From: Oopsacas minuta | Taxonomy: Eukaryota; Animalia; Porifera | DNA: 64,000 nt | Reading direction: 5' to 3' | Assembly: GCA_024704765.1 (NCBI GenBank) | Contig: JAKMXF010000365.1 | Coordinates: 994,131 to 1,058,130 of the forward strand | Shown: in pieces, positions 61,301 to 64,000 of the stretch | How the letters are laid out: every line of letters begins with the position of its first letter | Position numbering within the stretch: the first letter of the stretch is position 1 | Program-made: the position numbers and the translations under genes | The notes under the pieces: generated by a model | Told to the model about the DNA's origin: nothing | What the model saw: only the letters and a program-made list of their open reading frames with translations | The model's database searches: none

Positions 61301-64000
61301 TATATTTACGTATTTAATATTTTACTTTAGAACTCAGAATATTTATAGAAATCTCGTTCATTAAAAATTTGAAGTCTAAGAACATTATTATCAGTAGCTT
61401 GGAAAATTGTCAAAGATGTACTTTCTCTTATAATTCGAATATTCACTTAGATAATCTTACTAGTGAAGTATTAAAATAGGAACAATTAGACAGAGCTCTT
61501 TTACATTGGAATTACTTTATTTACAAGTCTTGAATAAATCCTTGTGTCTCCTAAGGGTTTTAGAAATATTGACATTAACGTATCACCATAATCTACAATT
61601 AATACATGCGATTCTTTGTTGTGAAATTCGATATATCAAGCCAAAATTTAAAGTCTAGCAAAACAATAGTTCAACTAATTAATCAAACTACAATTCAAGG
61701 ATACTTAGATACATTCTTAGCAATAACCAACATGTTTCACAGGCAGCAATGAAACAATTCCATAAATCGTATTTTACAATTAAAGAGCTTTTAGCTTGTC
61801 GCTTTGCGCCTTCAGGTTACTCTATTATTTACACGAGTCTTTGGCTCGTCGCTTCGCGATGAACTCGGCACATTGCGCCTCGAGGTATTCAACGGACAAA
61901 TAAACAGACAAACAACAATTGAGATTTAATAATATTGATGTTGTGTACAATATTCAGACTCAGCATACTCGAGTATACTAGTATAGTCGTTGAAAATATG
62001 ATTCTACCTCAATTTGAAATTTGTTTACTTTATATTCATAAAAGCAACAACAAATTTACATATGATTAATCCAAAAGTGTGAAAATCGGATTCAACATGT
62101 TCGATATATTTAGTGAAGTTTTATTTATTTCTATTTTCTTCCTTGATAAACACGATAAATACATAGTTATGCGACAATTTCAAAATTGCATACCGTAAAT
62201 CCTTTCCTTGACAACGGACAGACAAACAATTGTGATTTATTAATATAGATTTATGTTCGAGATTCGGAATCAGGGTAATTCGTCACACGACTGTATTTAT
62301 ACATTTGTATGACCAGAATTGATTGAAGAAAAAATGACTCACAAGGCTGATTTTTGCAAGATACAAGTTCTAGTTAGCTTGAACAAGTTCGAGTCTTGGA
62401 CGAAATATGACGTTATTGTCACTATTTTAGCGTGCTTCCTATATACTAATAGCAAAGTTGGGGCTGGTTAACCGAATTTATTGGGTGGCTAAAACCTTTT
62501 GAAAAAAGCGGTAAACTGGTTAAGGAGTCTTCAGATGAAAAAAGGTGATTTTCTTGTTACTCATAAATTTTGAGTTAGCTACAGACATTGTGCCTAATTA
62601 ACTTGTGATTATAAATATTTATCCATTTTCTATTTTGAACAGCTGGTTGTTGTCTATAAATGTATCCCACAGTTGGTAGACAAACACAAACAGCTAATTT
62701 GAAGATATTATATTGTAATGTATGGTATTTATAAAAATTACAGTGTGTGAAAGGCTGACAGTGAAGGATGCAATAATATGCACGAACAGATACTTATTCA
62801 CCACATTATGGTTTCCTATAAATAGACCATGTATACCGTAATTTCCCTTTTCAAGAATCAGTATGTCAAGAAAGAAACAACCTGTATGAGTGAATTTTAC
62901 TCATTGAAATGTACACATTTATATTTCATTGATTATCTCAAAACCATGTTTTTTGGACAATCATGAAGTTAACTTGATAAAATACTTCAGCTGGGGCTTT
63001 GAAAATTTGGAGTATGACAACTAGAGGGTGAACCAATTTTTGAACCAATATTGAGTGGAATATGCAAGTACTTTGTTCTCAGCAATTGCTATATCAGTCG
63101 GGACTACAGGGTTTTGATGCTTTCTTCAGGTTGGGCCCCTGTATATTGTTAGAACTTAGGTTCTGCGAATATACTGGTCTTGATCTTGGTTAAAAATATA
63201 GTACTGGCTTAGTTGATTATACTGATTATACAGAGAAAAGTATAAGCTCTATATCAGGGGATTTTAACAATTTGCACCTTAAGCCCCATCTAATAAATGT
63301 GGGAAATACTCACGACCCCCCTAATAACGATAAGAAAATTTTTTAATAGAGCTTATAGTAAATATGACATACAATCATACGTACATAATTATCAATGAAA
63401 TTTATATGCATAATGTGAAGGTTGAATTTGGGTTTTTTCAACAAGTTGAGAAATTGTTTGGTCAGTTTTAGAAAGCCAGCATCTTTAATCATGTTCAACA
63501 ATTGTAATTAGTCTTCGGAGTAAGTTCGCTTTTTAATGTTGCTTTTTTCAGCCATCTTAACAGTGGATTTTGAAAGTTGGATTTCGTAAAAATTGAAGTA
63601 GTACGAAGATTAAATGAGAAATATCAAAGGGATATATAAACAAATATACCTAATTGGAGTATTTATAGACTTAACTTGTGAAATATCCATGTATAGTCAG
63701 TATGGAAATGATTCTTAATGTTTCTATTGTTTAAATTTAATCTAGCCTCCTCAAGTTCCATATGATATGATGTCAGTATTGTCATGAAATACAATAATAA
63801 TGTCATATATACGTAATTGAAACCATTATAGATGCGCTGAAAGCACATTGCACGTATATAACATATACATTACACATAGGAGTCACACGCAATACACACA
63901 CAATGCATTTTATATTCAGCTAAAAATTGATAATTTAAAGAATTTTTGACTTATTAATCAGTAAATTTTAATGATGTTATGGAAATTATCTGAACTTTTC

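Noticed and set aside
63090-63350. Peptide containing SGDFNN, like a LINE endonuclease
   Set aside because: No other APE or RT motifs nearby, and it contains a stop.
1-64000. CRISPR arrays, rRNA, tRNA, operons or prophage
   Set aside because: None recognised. Spliceosomal introns and metazoan genes show a eukaryotic locus, and TTG/GTG starts in the ORF track were not accepted.

Overview
AT-rich eukaryotic (metazoan) genomic DNA, gene-dense and intron-poor. It resembles a glass-sponge genome such as Oopsacas; this is inferred from mostly single-exon housekeeping genes, 53-75 nt introns, a stand-alone NHL protein and short Maf-like bZIPs, not from a search. Genes: two intact and one truncated START-domain paralogues in inverted arrangement, SNX1/2, a 4-exon NEIL1, SIDT (SID-1 family), a 4-exon Syd-1/RhoGAP100F-like PDZ gene with no C2 or RhoGAP domain, a PH-domain tyrosine kinase, a membrane-anchored DUF4419 protein, SWI5, an NHL-repeat protein, METTL7/TMT1, TMTC, ZGPAT, a 4-exon pepsin-family protease and two divergent Maf-like bZIPs. 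There is also a decayed calmodulin fragment that the ORF track misses. Intergenic DNA is rich in DNA transposons: a full-length frameshifted hAT with TIRs and TSD, a decayed MULE, hAT and Tc1/pogo MITEs, two roughly 1-kb near-perfect palindromes and a Helentron/DINE-like repeat family. The strongest leads are the Syd-1-like PDZ gene beside the PH-tyrosine kinase, a NEIL1 with all three DNA-intercalating residues replaced, an aspartic protease with renin-like neutral-pH substitutions, and the DUF4419 HGT candidate. No rRNA, tRNA or CRISPR array was recognised. Family assignments come from motif recognition by eye and need HMM/BLAST confirmation.
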